Shown here piece after piece: positions 45,248 to 55,500 of a stretch of 64,000 bases of DNA. This stretch comes from Candidatus Magasanikiibacteriota bacterium. Its GTDB lineage: Bacteria; Patescibacteriota; Patescibacteriia; Magasanikbacterales; UBA922. The position numbers were made by a program, and so were the translations under genes. The stretch lies in contig JABIFP010000005.1 of assembly GCA_018650645.1 (NCBI GenBank), forward strand, positions 35,486-99,485, in the 5' to 3' direction. Numbering within the stretch: position 1 is the first letter of the stretch; every line of letters starts with the position of its first letter. The notes under the pieces were generated by a model, which was given only the letters and a program-made list of their open reading frames with translations, was not told where the DNA came from and searched no databases.

Positions 45248-46243
45248 ATGAAAGAACCAACATATCGCTCAGCCCTTTCTCATGGGTGGAATATTTTCTG
45301 GGACCACAAGCTATTGTGGCTATTTGGTTTCTTTGCTGCCTTTTTAGGGCAAATGGGACTCCTCGATATAATTACACAATTGAATTTGGCGCCAAAGCAA
45401 TACACCATGTATGAACCGATTTCGAATCTTCCAGAGATTATTGCATTTATTATTGCAACAGTGAAAGCACTTCCATGGGATGCGGGAAGTATGGTGTGGT
45501 CACTGTGGTTATTGATTTTCTTTGGTGGAGCAGCGCTGTTATTAGTATTCGTATCAGTCACTTCACAAGGGGCATTGATTCACGGCATTGGGCAATCACT
45601 TAAGGGTCGTAAAAAGAAACATATCGATGTATCAAAAGCATGGCATGCTGGAACCGGACATTTTTGGCGCCTATTCTTTTTACATATTGCAAAAAAGGTA
45701 TCGCTATTTACCGTAATGGTAATTGCCGGGCTTGCAGCATACAGTTATGGTATGAGCGGCGCACCACTTGATGCTGGATTATTTTATGCAGCACTCATTT
45801 TGGCAGTAGCAGTCGGTGTAATCACTTCATTCTTGCTCATTTATGCAGCAGGGTATGTCGTTATTGAAGAGTATTCGTTTGGTGAAGCTATTAAGGCAGC
45901 CTGGGCACTCTTTAAAGATCACTGGCTCGTCTCTTTAGAAGTGGCTGCGATTATGGTGCTTGTGAATATTCTGTTTGCTATTGTCTCTGCCGCAGTATTC
46001 CTATTGTTTGTTGGAGAAATGGCTATCATTTTGGCAGGATCACTTGTACTTAGTGCGGGTGCGCTGTATACCGGTATGCTGATTTTTGGTTCATTACTAT
46101 TTGCGACATGTTTGGCATTCTTTGGAAGCTTGCTGACTGTATTTTCAACATCAACATGGATGTATTTATTTGCAACAATGCATAAAAAAGGAATGAAGAG
46201 TAGAATTCATCATACGTTTGCCCGCCTGCTCAAACGTCGTTAA
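45248..46243 (+). CDS. Polytopic membrane protein (paralog of 60088..60909)
   Basis: About 7 TM helices; N-terminal SHGWNIFWDHK...FGFFAAFLG resembles DSWNLCKKN...IGALLGVS of the other copy. Confidence 0.55.
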   Translation: MKEPTYRSALSHGWNIFWDHKLLWLFGFFAAFLGQMGLLDIITQLNLAPKQYTMYEPISNLPEIIAFIIATVKALPWDAGSMVWSLWLLIFFGGAALLLVFVSVTSQGALIHGIGQSLKGRKKKHIDVSKAWHAGTGHFWRLFFLHIAKKVSLFTVMVIAGLAAYSYGMSGAPLDAGLFYAALILAVAVGVITSFLLIYAAGYVVIEEYSFGEAIKAAWALFKDHWLVSLEVAAIMVLVNILFAIVSAAVFLLFVGEMAIILAGSLVLSAGALYTGMLIFGSLLFATCLAFFGSLLTVFSTSTWMYLFATMHKKGMKSRIHHTFARLLKRR

Positions 46244-46255
46244 TCTGAACGTAAT

Positions 46256-47986
46256 ATGCCAGGACATCAGTCTATTGAAGATCTCATTGGAGGAAAAACG
46301 AAAGCTGCACCATCTAATGCCGCGCAAGATCCGACTACTTCAGGAAAAGTATCGGCTGCATTTTCAAAGAAGATGGGTGAAATTGAAAATAAAGAAACAG
46401 AACTTGAAACAGAACGATCTGCAAGCATAACAGGTGCGCCATATATTGATTTGATTAAGTTTCCTGTTAGTCAGTACGCATTAAAACAATTGCCATTAGA
46501 GCGTGCAAAAGAATTGCAGGCTGTTTGTTTTTACGCAACACAAGAAGAAGTGCGCATTGGTGCCATCGATCCACAAGATCCGGATGTGATTGCGCTTGGA
46601 GAATCTATTGCCCATGAAATCGGTGCTAATCAGGAACTTTATACTATTTCTGAACGAAGTCTAAATAGAATTATTGAATTATATAAAACCCTTCCAGACA
46701 TTAAACCAATTTCAAAAGATGTAGAGATTGATGGGGAAGAACTAGCGCGCATTCAAGAAAGCGTTACGGACTTTGAATCATTTCAAGGACTGTTTGATGA
46801 AGCGAGCACTACCGATTTGGTAACATATATTATGGGTGGGGCGCTGAAGCTTGGAACAAGTGATGTTCATATTGAAGCAGAAGAAAATGGTATTGTTGTA
46901 CGTTTCCGTTTAGATGGAATATTACAAGACGCGGCTATTCTGCCAAAAGCGACGTTTAAAAAATTGGTATCAAGATTGAAATTAGTATCAGGATTAAAAA
47001 TTAACATCACCACAAAGCCGCAAGATGGTCGGTTTACGGTAAAAATGCCTGACGGAGATGTGGATGTGCGTGTTTCTACCATTCCAACAATTTACGGAGA
47101 AAGTATTGTAATGCGTTTGCTTGTTCAAAACGAGCAGATTATGACGCTTGAGTCGTTAGGGCTTCGTGGACGTGCATATGATCAGCTCAAAACAGAAATC
47201 GATAGACCAAATGGAATGATTGTGACAACGGGGCCTACAGGAAGTGGTAAAACAACGTCTTTGTACGCAATTATGCGTATGCTTAATAAGCCGGGTGTAA
47301 AAATTATTACCTTAGAAGATCCTGTTGAGTATAAAATGGAAGGAGTAAATCAAAGTCAGATTGATCACAGTAAAGATTATACGTTTGCAAAAGGGCTTCG
47401 CTCTATGCTTCGTCAAGATCCGGATATTGCCATGGTTGGGGAAATCCGTGATATTGAAACTGCAGAAATTGCTATTCAGGCATCTTTGACTGGGCATCTT
47501 ATCCTTTCAACAATCCATACAAACGATGCGTTTGGAGCGATTCCACGGTTTATGTCTATGGGGGTAAAGCCATTTTTGCTTGCGCCTGCACTAAACTGTG
47601 TAATTGGGCAGCGATTGGTAAGAAAGCTTTGTACTCTGTGTAAAGAAGCTTCTCCACTAGAAGCAAAATTACAAGAAAAGGTAAACACCGTCATGGCAGA
47701 GTTACCAGAACCTGAAAAATCAGAGGTGGCAGCTATGGAGCAAGTATTTTATGCACCAAAAGGATGTGATAAGTGTAATGAAGGGTATAAAGGACGATTA
47801 GGAATCTATGAAATTTTTGTTGTAAATGAAGCGATTGAAAAAGCGGTATTAGATGGACAGGTCGCAGAATATGATATTCGCAGGATTGCTATTGAAAACG
47901 GAACCGTTACTATGGTGCAAGATGGTATTATTAAGGCGTTGCTAGGAGACACATCGATTGAAGAGGTATACCGTGTGACTGAATAA
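46256..47986 (+). CDS. GspE/PilB-family secretion ATPase (type II secretion / type IV pilus assembly)
   Basis: GSPII_E N-domain, Walker A GPTGSGKTT, Asp and His boxes, and the tetracysteine motif CTLC...CDKC. Confidence 0.85.
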   Translation: MPGHQSIEDLIGGKTKAAPSNAAQDPTTSGKVSAAFSKKMGEIENKETELETERSASITGAPYIDLIKFPVSQYALKQLPLERAKELQAVCFYATQEEVRIGAIDPQDPDVIALGESIAHEIGANQELYTISERSLNRIIELYKTLPDIKPISKDVEIDGEELARIQESVTDFESFQGLFDEASTTDLVTYIMGGALKLGTSDVHIEAEENGIVVRFRLDGILQDAAILPKATFKKLVSRLKLVSGLKINITTKPQDGRFTVKMPDGDVDVRVSTIPTIYGESIVMRLLVQNEQIMTLESLGLRGRAYDQLKTEIDRPNGMIVTTGPTGSGKTTSLYAIMRMLNKPGVKIITLEDPVEYKMEGVNQSQIDHSKDYTFAKGLRSMLRQDPDIAMVGEIRDIETAEIAIQASLTGHLILSTIHTNDAFGAIPRFMSMGVKPFLLAPALNCVIGQRLVRKLCTLCKEASPLEAKLQEKVNTVMAELPEPEKSEVAAMEQVFYAPKGCDKCNEGYKGRLGIYEIFVVNEAIEKAVLDGQVAEYDIRRIAIENGTVTMVQDGIIKALLGDTSIEEVYRVTE

Positions 47987-48074
47987 CAATTGTGTACAAG
48001 CCTTTGGCGCAAAAGGAGAAATTTTGCTATACTTAGACCTAGACGTAAAAAAACTTCAAATAAAAACAAATATA

Positions 48075-49219
48075 TGGTGTCATCAAGAGGCAATACTGCC
48101 CTTCCGCCAACTCACTCGGTGCGATTTTATAAAATTATTGCACTTACGTTTTTGGCTTTAACAATTGTATTACTTGCGGTTGTTGTATTCATGTCTTCTA
48201 AACGAGCAGACATTACTATTACCACAAAAAGTAGCCCAATTGATGTGCATGCGGAAGTAGTAATTGGATCTGACGTGATGCCAAACTCAGTTGACGGAGA
48301 AGTAAAGACGGAAACAATGGCGTTATCAAAAACGTTTGAGCCTACGGGCAATAGACAAGAGCCTGGAATTTCGACTGGTGTAGTTACGTTACACAATGAT
48401 ACAAGTTCAGATCAGCCACTGGTAAAGACAACACGTGTATTAACACCAGACGGAACACTTTTTAGACTGACAGAAGCGGTAGTAGTACCAAAAAATGGTA
48501 CGGTTGACGCAGCAGTATATGCAGACAAGGAAGGGCCAAGCGGAAATATCAGCGCAGTAGATAAGTGGACTATTCCCGGCCTGAATGAAACTAAGCAAAA
48601 AGTCATTTACGGATCAAGTAGCGTAGCAATGACTGGGGGAGTGAGAAACGTAGGTATTTTATCTCAAGCAGATGTAGAAAAAGCACGAAAACAGCTTGAA
48701 GGAGAATTACAACAAGAAGCAAGTTCAGCATTTGGTGAAGTTGATGCAACAAAACCAGTTGTGTTTTCTGCCGTGATTGATTCGCTGAGTGTTGGGTCAG
48801 ATATTGGAACAGAAGTGAGTGAATTTTCTGTAACAGCAACGGCTACAGTAGTTTCTGTGCAGTATGATGAAGCCGCTGTTGCGCAGTGGGCAACAACGCA
48901 GCTCAGAAATAGAGCTATTGGTGATTCAGACATTATTACAGCCGCAAACAATAAACCAACAGTGACATTTTCAGCGTACGATGCAAATGCAGGGATTGCA
49001 ACACTCGGAGTATTTATGGATGGAACGGTAACACTCAATCCGGAAGGAAGTGATTTATCTAAAGAAATGTTCTTTGGCAAAGATAAAAATGAAGTGCGTA
49101 GATATTTGCTGACACTTGATCATGTCCATAAGGTAGAAATCGATTTTTCACCGGTATGGATGCAAACAGTACCGCATATTCATGAGCACGTCACAATCAA
49201 AGTAAAAGAAGTAGAATAA
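48075..49219 (+). CDS. Membrane-anchored (N-terminal TM) extracytoplasmic protein, function unknown
   Basis: Single N-terminal TM helix (IIALTFLALTIVLLAVVVF), then a ~350-aa Thr/Val-rich beta-type domain; immediately downstream of the PilB-like gene. Confidence 0.5.
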
Positions 49220-49223
49220 TCTA

Positions 49224-49252
49224 TTGACAGTACATAAAAGAGCGTGTAGCAT
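49224..49252 (+). promoter_or_regulatory. Sigma-70-like promoter (TTGACA, 17-nt spacer, TAGCAT) for the thrS leader
   Basis: Consensus -35 with a 17-bp spacer to a -10-like hexamer, just upstream of the T-box leader. Confidence 0.45.
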
Positions 49253-49254
49253 AC

Positions 49255-49480
49255 CTACATGCTCTTTTTGTTTCGTTAATCAAAGCCAGCCCAGCTGCCA
49301 CTCGCTCACAGAGAGGAAGGATATTTGCTGAAAATCCTTCTGCGTCGAGTTTGCATGGTACCACTTTGTCAGAAACTACAAATCAAATAAGAAGTAAATA
49401 ATTGGGTGGAACCGTCTTCCATGAAGACCCCGATGTGTTTGCAGTGTCTTTTGCTGCAGGTACATCGGGTTTTTTAATTA
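49255..49480 (+). ncRNA. T-box riboswitch leader of thrS
   Basis: Conserved T-box core AATTGGGTGGAACCG (49401-49415) overlapping the 5' side of a long terminator hairpin (CCCCGATGT...ACATCGGG followed by TTTTTT, 49428-49475); upstream Stem-I-like region with AGAGA; candidate Thr specifier codons ACC/ACU. Confidence 0.55.
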
Positions 49481-49489
49481 GTACGTTTT

Positions 49490-51250
49490 ATGAAAGAACT
49501 ATCTCAAATCGATAAAGTGCGCCATTCGCTCTCACACATTATGTCTATGGCGGTGCTTGAGTTATATCCAAACGCAGGGCTCGGTGTTGGGCCAGTTATT
49601 GAAAACGGATTTTACCAAGACTACGACTTGCCAGAACCGCTGAGCGAAGACATGCTTCCAAAGATTGAAGCGCGCATGAAAGAAATTGTGAAAGAAAAAA
49701 TTGCATTTGTGCAATCAAACAGTTCTGTAGAAGAAGCACTCGCTTTTTATAAAAATGACGTATATAAAACCGAGTTGATTGAAGAATTGGCAAAAAAAGG
49801 GGAGAAAGAAATCAGTTTTTACGACTCTGGATCATTTCATAACATGTGTGAGGGGCCGCATGTAGAAAATTCGAATAAGATTCGGTACGACTCGTTTAAA
49901 CTTATGAGTGTTGCCGGTGCATATTGGCGCGGAGACGAAAAAAATAAGATGCTTACTAGAATTTATGGTGTTGCCTTTGCAGATAAAAAAGCATTAAAGG
50001 AACATTTACATCTTTTAGAAGAAGCGAAAAAACGAGATCATAGAAAAATTGGAAAAGAGCAAGAATTATTCTTTATTGATGAAACCGTTGGGAAGGGGCT
50101 GGCTATGTGGCTGCCAAACGGAACAATTATCCGTGAGCAAATTGAACAGTTTGCTAAAGATACTGAGTCTGCAGCAGGATATGTGCGCGTGGTAACACCA
50201 CACATCGCCAAGGAAGAGCTGTTTTTGCGCAGTGGGCACCTGCCATACTATAAAGATGACATGTACCCAGCAATGGAGATGGATGACGGTACATACTACC
50301 TCAGAGCCATGAACTGTCCGCATCATCATCAAATATTCCTGCACGGGCCAAAGAGTTACAAAGACATGCCAATGCGTATTGCGGAATATGGCATGGTATA
50401 TAGAAACGAGCTTTCTGGAACGTTAGCAGGACTTTTACGTGTGCGCGGTCTTGCCATGAATGATTCACATATTTATTGCAAAAAGGATCAGATTAAAGAT
50501 GAGTTCAAAGCAGTACTAGAAATGACCATGATGTACTTCAAAGTGTTTGGTTTTGATACGTACTGGTTCAGATTATCAAAATGGGATCCAGCTCATACTG
50601 ATAAATATATCGATCAGCCTGAAAATTGGGCACACAGCGAACAGATTATTAGAGAAGTGCTTGTTGAAATGGACGTACCGTTTGTAGAGGTAGAAGATGA
50701 AGCGGCATTCTACGGACCAAAAGTAGATGTACAATTTACATCAGTGCTTGGTAGGGAAGAAAGCATGAGTACTATTCAACTCGACTTCTTGGCAAAAGAA
50801 CGTTTTGGATTTGAGTATACTGATGATAGTGGTGAAAAGAATAATGAAGTATTTGTGATTCATAGAGCGCCACTTTCTGTTCATGAGCGATTCCTCGCAT
50901 TTTTGACAGAACACTACGCAGGGTATTGGCCAGTTTGGCTTGCGCCTGTGCAGGTGTCTATTTTGCCAGTGTCTACAGACAAACATGTAGATGGTGCAAA
51001 GGAATTGGCGGCAGAACTTAGAGCGGCAGGTATGAGAGTGTCAGTTGATAGTGCAGACGAAACAGTGGGAAAGAAAATTCGCGCAGCTGCGCAGGCAAAA
51101 GTACCGTATGTATTAGTTGTTGGAGAGAAAGAACTCTCTGGAGAAGACTTTACTGTACGTGTGCGCCGGCAAGAAGAGCAGTTGGCTCTTTCAAAGGCTG
51201 ACTTTGTTCAGCGAGTTGCAGAGGACATTGCGCAAAAGCGAGTTTGGTAA
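49490..51250 (+). CDS. thrS: Threonyl-tRNA synthetase (lacks the N-terminal TGS domain)
   Basis: Editing-domain HxxxH (SHIMSMAV), class II motifs (FRLSKWD, ...GREESMSTIQLDF), and an anticodon-binding C-terminal domain. Confidence 0.9.
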   Translation: MKELSQIDKVRHSLSHIMSMAVLELYPNAGLGVGPVIENGFYQDYDLPEPLSEDMLPKIEARMKEIVKEKIAFVQSNSSVEEALAFYKNDVYKTELIEELAKKGEKEISFYDSGSFHNMCEGPHVENSNKIRYDSFKLMSVAGAYWRGDEKNKMLTRIYGVAFADKKALKEHLHLLEEAKKRDHRKIGKEQELFFIDETVGKGLAMWLPNGTIIREQIEQFAKDTESAAGYVRVVTPHIAKEELFLRSGHLPYYKDDMYPAMEMDDGTYYLRAMNCPHHHQIFLHGPKSYKDMPMRIAEYGMVYRNELSGTLAGLLRVRGLAMNDSHIYCKKDQIKDEFKAVLEMTMMYFKVFGFDTYWFRLSKWDPAHTDKYIDQPENWAHSEQIIREVLVEMDVPFVEVEDEAAFYGPKVDVQFTSVLGREESMSTIQLDFLAKERFGFEYTDDSGEKNNEVFVIHRAPLSVHERFLAFLTEHYAGYWPVWLAPVQVSILPVSTDKHVDGAKELAAELRAAGMRVSVDSADETVGKKIRAAAQAKVPYVLVVGEKELSGEDFTVRVRRQEEQLALSKADFVQRVAEDIAQKRVW

Positions 51251-51267
51251 GTTGCTAAAACACAGTA

Positions 51268-51302
51268 AACAAAAAAGACGCACATGGTGCGTCTTTTTTG
51301 TT
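51268..51302. terminator. Bidirectional rho-independent terminator (AAGACGCAC-atg-GTGCGTCTT flanked by A and T tracts)
   Basis: Near-identical to the 42100..42137 terminator; lies between thrS (+) and the 415-aa gene (-). Confidence 0.75.
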
Positions 51303-52549
51303 TAGCGTAAGAAGTTAAGTATTCTTCTTTTTATAGATGGTTTTGGAGCGTGTACATTACGCTTATTTGGTTCCATGTCCCGGATAAACATCATTAGCGC
51401 TTTGTAGTTCTCATCAAGAACAACCTTCTGTGCTCGTTTTTCAGAGCGTCTACCTTCTGCTCTATTGGTAAATTCTGAAATGTGAATCCCATATATTTCC
51501 ATAATCTTCTTTCGCGCCATATTTGCAAGATCATTCGGTGGTACGAGCTGCGATCGACGTTCTCTTCCTCTTGCTATGAATCCTCTAATATCTTCTCTTG
51601 CTTGCAGTGTGAGCGCTGTCTGATGTAAGAATCCTCTGGCTTCATTTGCAGCGCGCAGGGCTTCTACTTTGTGGTTATATCCTTGCTGGTTGCTTTCTTT
51701 TATCGCTCGCTCGCGCATTTCTCTATAGACCTGTTTTTCATACGCTGTAAGCTGATCTGCTATAGCAGAATACGCGGTTGCTGCAGTATCAAGTGCTTGC
51801 TGAATTCCAGCCAGATGTTCTTGTTTTTGCACTTGCTCCTGTGATCCATCAGCATCTTTTGTACGAATTACGGTGACTCCAGGTTCTTTTTGTTCAGCAG
51901 GTGTCATAGAAACGGGAACTTCAACCATGCTTTTTAGCAGTGCTGTTGTCTCATGCATTTGCTGCATTTCTAGAGGATCGGGTTTCAATTCGTAAATGGG
52001 TTTTTCTGTAATTTGTTCGGCAAATTCATTCCACGCATCATAAGTGGCAGCATGTTCAGCATCTATTTTTCCTTGCTCTTCCGCCAGTTTATATGCTTCT
52101 ACAAGTGCTTCGGCTTGATCAGAAAACCCTTGTTGCTCTTCGGTTATTAAAGTAACTTCGACTTCTCTAGGTGTTGTTGGTACAAGATGAGTGGTTGCTT
52201 CTACAATATCATCCAGATTATCTGCAATCGCAGCCCATTTTGCAGTGCGCTCCATTGCTGAAAGGGTAAGGTTCTCTTTAATAAGAGCCGAGATCTCTTG
52301 CACACTTAATCGTAACGCTTGTGCCTGACTGCTAGGTAGTGATTCTATAGAAGAGAAGAGCTCTTTTGCATGAGCCAGTGCCTGTTCTTGCATTTGGGTA
52401 GCCTGAAGCTCTTGCGCTTCAGAATCTTGCGTATCTTTAAAAACCTCCATTGCTTGGTGCGGCGCTGTAAATTCTAATTTTCTTGCTGCATCACCCATAG
52501 TGCACGTAGTATAGCATTTTTTATAGGAGTTCGACAGTTGCTGACGCAT
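51302..52549 (-). CDS. Hypothetical coiled-coil protein (415 aa)
   Basis: Long ORF with Gln/Glu/Ala-rich heptad-like composition; 29-nt overlap with the upstream 1348-aa gene; no family recognised. Confidence 0.5.
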   Translation of the reverse strand: MRQQLSNSYKKCYTTCTMGDAARKLEFTAPHQAMEVFKDTQDSEAQELQATQMQEQALAHAKELFSSIESLPSSQAQALRLSVQEISALIKENLTLSAMERTAKWAAIADNLDDIVEATTHLVPTTPREVEVTLITEEQQGFSDQAEALVEAYKLAEEQGKIDAEHAATYDAWNEFAEQITEKPIYELKPDPLEMQQMHETTALLKSMVEVPVSMTPAEQKEPGVTVIRTKDADGSQEQVQKQEHLAGIQQALDTAATAYSAIADQLTAYEKQVYREMRERAIKESNQQGYNHKVEALRAANEARGFLHQTALTLQAREDIRGFIARGRERRSQLVPPNDLANMARKKIMEIYGIHISEFTNRAEGRRSEKRAQKVVLDENYKALMMFIRDMEPNKRNVHAPKPSIKRRILNFLR

Positions 52550-55500
52550 TTCCTCCTTCTCCTATCTTATCAAATTTGAGCCTAAATATTTTACCTGGCA
52601 TAGTTTCGTGAGGAACACCTGCAATTAATAGGTCAACTGTTATGTCGGCTCTAATTTGGTCTTTAGTAAGTCCAGTTTTCTCTGCAATATATTCGGTAAT
52701 ACATCTAATTGGATTTCCGCCAGCGGTAAGAATTACTTCACCTTGGTTTTCTGCAATATCTTTACTCAGGAATTGTTTATGTTTTTCCATACCGTGTGCA
52801 GAAAAGGCTCGCGCTTTTACGGTGCTGTCTTTGGCTGCAAACCATGGGGAATGAGGGCGAGCAGGCCGTGCAAATTGTACAATGCCGTTTGCAATGTTAA
52901 ATACGACCAGGCGCAATGCCTTACCGGTCTTTGGAGAAATGTAATAGGTGACATCGCCAACAGAAATGCTTTCTCCTTCTCTTAGTTCTAATGATGCCAC
53001 CTCCGTTTCTGCTTCAGCCTGTGTTTCTTCTATTTCGGTTTCAGCTTTTTGCTCAGATTCTGCTTCTTCTGCAATCTCTACCAGACGATCAACTCGCTCT
53101 TCTGGCATGATAAATTCAAACGATGTCGCACCATTTTTTTGAATATCAGCGTAGATACTGTATTCAAAGCCAGGAAGAACGCGTATATCGTTCAGTTCAG
53201 ACTTTCCTTCAAGCCGCCGCATAATTACCGCATGCAGTACTGCATCTACGGCTTGTTCATGTGCGGCTTTTGGAGTCATATCTGGCAAGCGAACAATTTC
53301 TCTTGTGAGATATTTAATTGCTGCAAGGCGAATTCCTTCACCTTTTTTCACGGTAATTTCGTGATAGCTTTTTGTGGATTTTTCTTTCTTTGCTTCTGTA
53401 ACTTCTACCGGTGCTGCAGGTTCTGGTTCTAAAGGATCAGTGTCTGTAACAATTTCTGGTACGGGTAATGGTGCTGGCGTCTCTGGCGTAGCTGCATCTA
53501 ACGGAGGAAGTTCAGCTTCCAGCGGTACGAGAGCGTCAAGAGGGTCTTTTCCTGGCGCGGCATTGACAATCGGTGCTGCTTCCGGCACACCGGCGTCTTG
53601 CGGTGCTGTCTCAGGAACACCGGCAGGCAATTCAGTCGTTACGTTAGCATCCGCAGCGGTTGGTTTGGCAGCATCAGGCGCTTTGGGAGTCTCGGCACGT
53701 TTCATTTGCGTTACAGCTGCCCGTGGTGCATTGTCAGCAGGTCTATACGGTTCTGAATCTTGTTTCATTAATGCAGAAAGTGCTATAGACCAGGCAAGTG
53801 TTTTGATAAGGAAACCATGTTTCTTCTTAATTTTTTCAAATAATCGTCCTATCAGACCTCGCTGTTTTTTTTCTGGAGCAGACTCTGCGTGAACCTCAAC
53901 TTTTTTTGGAGATGTTGGCACAAAATCAGCTTCTGTAGCAGCTGCTTCATGAGCTTCTGGAATAGCATGTGCCAATGAGTCAGGAATCACAAGTGCCGAT
54001 TCTGTAATTCCCGTTTGACTCGCCTGGACGGTGGTCTCTTCTTCTAAATGGACAGCTCCAGAATCTGGATCAATGACGGAGTGATAAATTGTCACATCAA
54101 ATCCCTTGAGTGTGTCTTGCCATATCGATGCAGGAATGTCTTGCGATGCTCCTAATAGTGGGTTTGTTGCATTCTGTTGATTGCTTTCTCTTGTAAACAA
54201 TAGTACCTCGTGCGTTGTTGGGTGCACAAACTTCCATACAGTTGGAAATTGTCGTGTTCTGCGGGTATCACTACTTATAGATACTTGTGGGACATTCCGC
54301 TGCCAAGATGTGAGTACCGCAGGAGTAATTCTGAGCCATTTTTTTCTCATCAAGAACGTTTCTAATGGTTCTTTTTCCCCATCTTTCAGAGCTATTTCAT
54401 GGGGTGTTGGGTTGGCAATATCTTCAAATTGGATATGTTGTTTGGTCGTTCCACTTTGTTTTACATCATAAACAGAATATGATCGATACATCTTTGATTG
54501 ATGGGGTTGTATTGTTTTTCCTTGCACATTAATCGAGGGCGCCTCTACAGCAGCCTCAGAATAAACGGCAGCTACACGAATAGGGGGTTCATCTCCAACC
54601 TTATATGTTGCTGTAGTGATATATGTATCAGGCATGAGTCCTCCTGGAACGAGCGTTCCCCTTTCTATTGAACGCTGAAGATCTGGAGCAATAACTCTCC
54701 ATCCAAGTTTTTCTAATTCTGAATGCAGCAAGGCTGTATCTCCCTCTCTTACATTTGCATATTCTCCTTTAAGTGGCGGCATGTTCTCTGCCTCCTGGAT
54801 TGGATGAAACACTTGCTCTGCAAATTTACCAAACTTTCCACTTTTTGTAGAAATAGTACTAAGATTTTCAGAAACCATGACCCGTGTTGGTACTTCTTCA
54901 AGAACTCCGGCCTCTTTAAGTTCTGCTCCTTTTTGATGAATCAGGGCGCGCGCTTGAGCCAGCGTATCTGCTGCAAAAACGTATGTTTCTTCTTGTTCAC
55001 TTCCTTCAAAAAATATAATGCGTGCCACAAATTGAGTGAGATCGGGAATGTCCTCTGGACCTTGAATGTTTACCCATTCTTTAGTTCCAGCTGCAAGCTC
55101 AGCTTGTTTCATGACACGTTCAATCCCATGCTGAATATCAACTTTAACTTTCTCCGCATACTGCATGTTTTGTTTGAGTATACCGGAAAGCTCAACAATT
55201 TTGGTCGTATACATACTGAGCGGCCAGGGTTCTCCAGATCCATCTGGTGATGGACGCATTTTGCCTTGTAGCTCTTCTAGATCACGCTGCAGAGCATCAA
55301 AGTTTCCTCTTGTTTCATCAGGGGCTTGTGTTTTATATTTCTCTGCTTGCTTCGATAGTCCTTTAAGTACTGGTGCAAACACGCTATCCCACTTAAATGC
55401 GTTTTCTGTTTCTATTTTTCGCAGCTCAGCTAATCGATCAAAAAGATTAGGTAGCGTAAACGCTTGTTCATACAATTGCTGAATCTTTTCTGCATGATTT

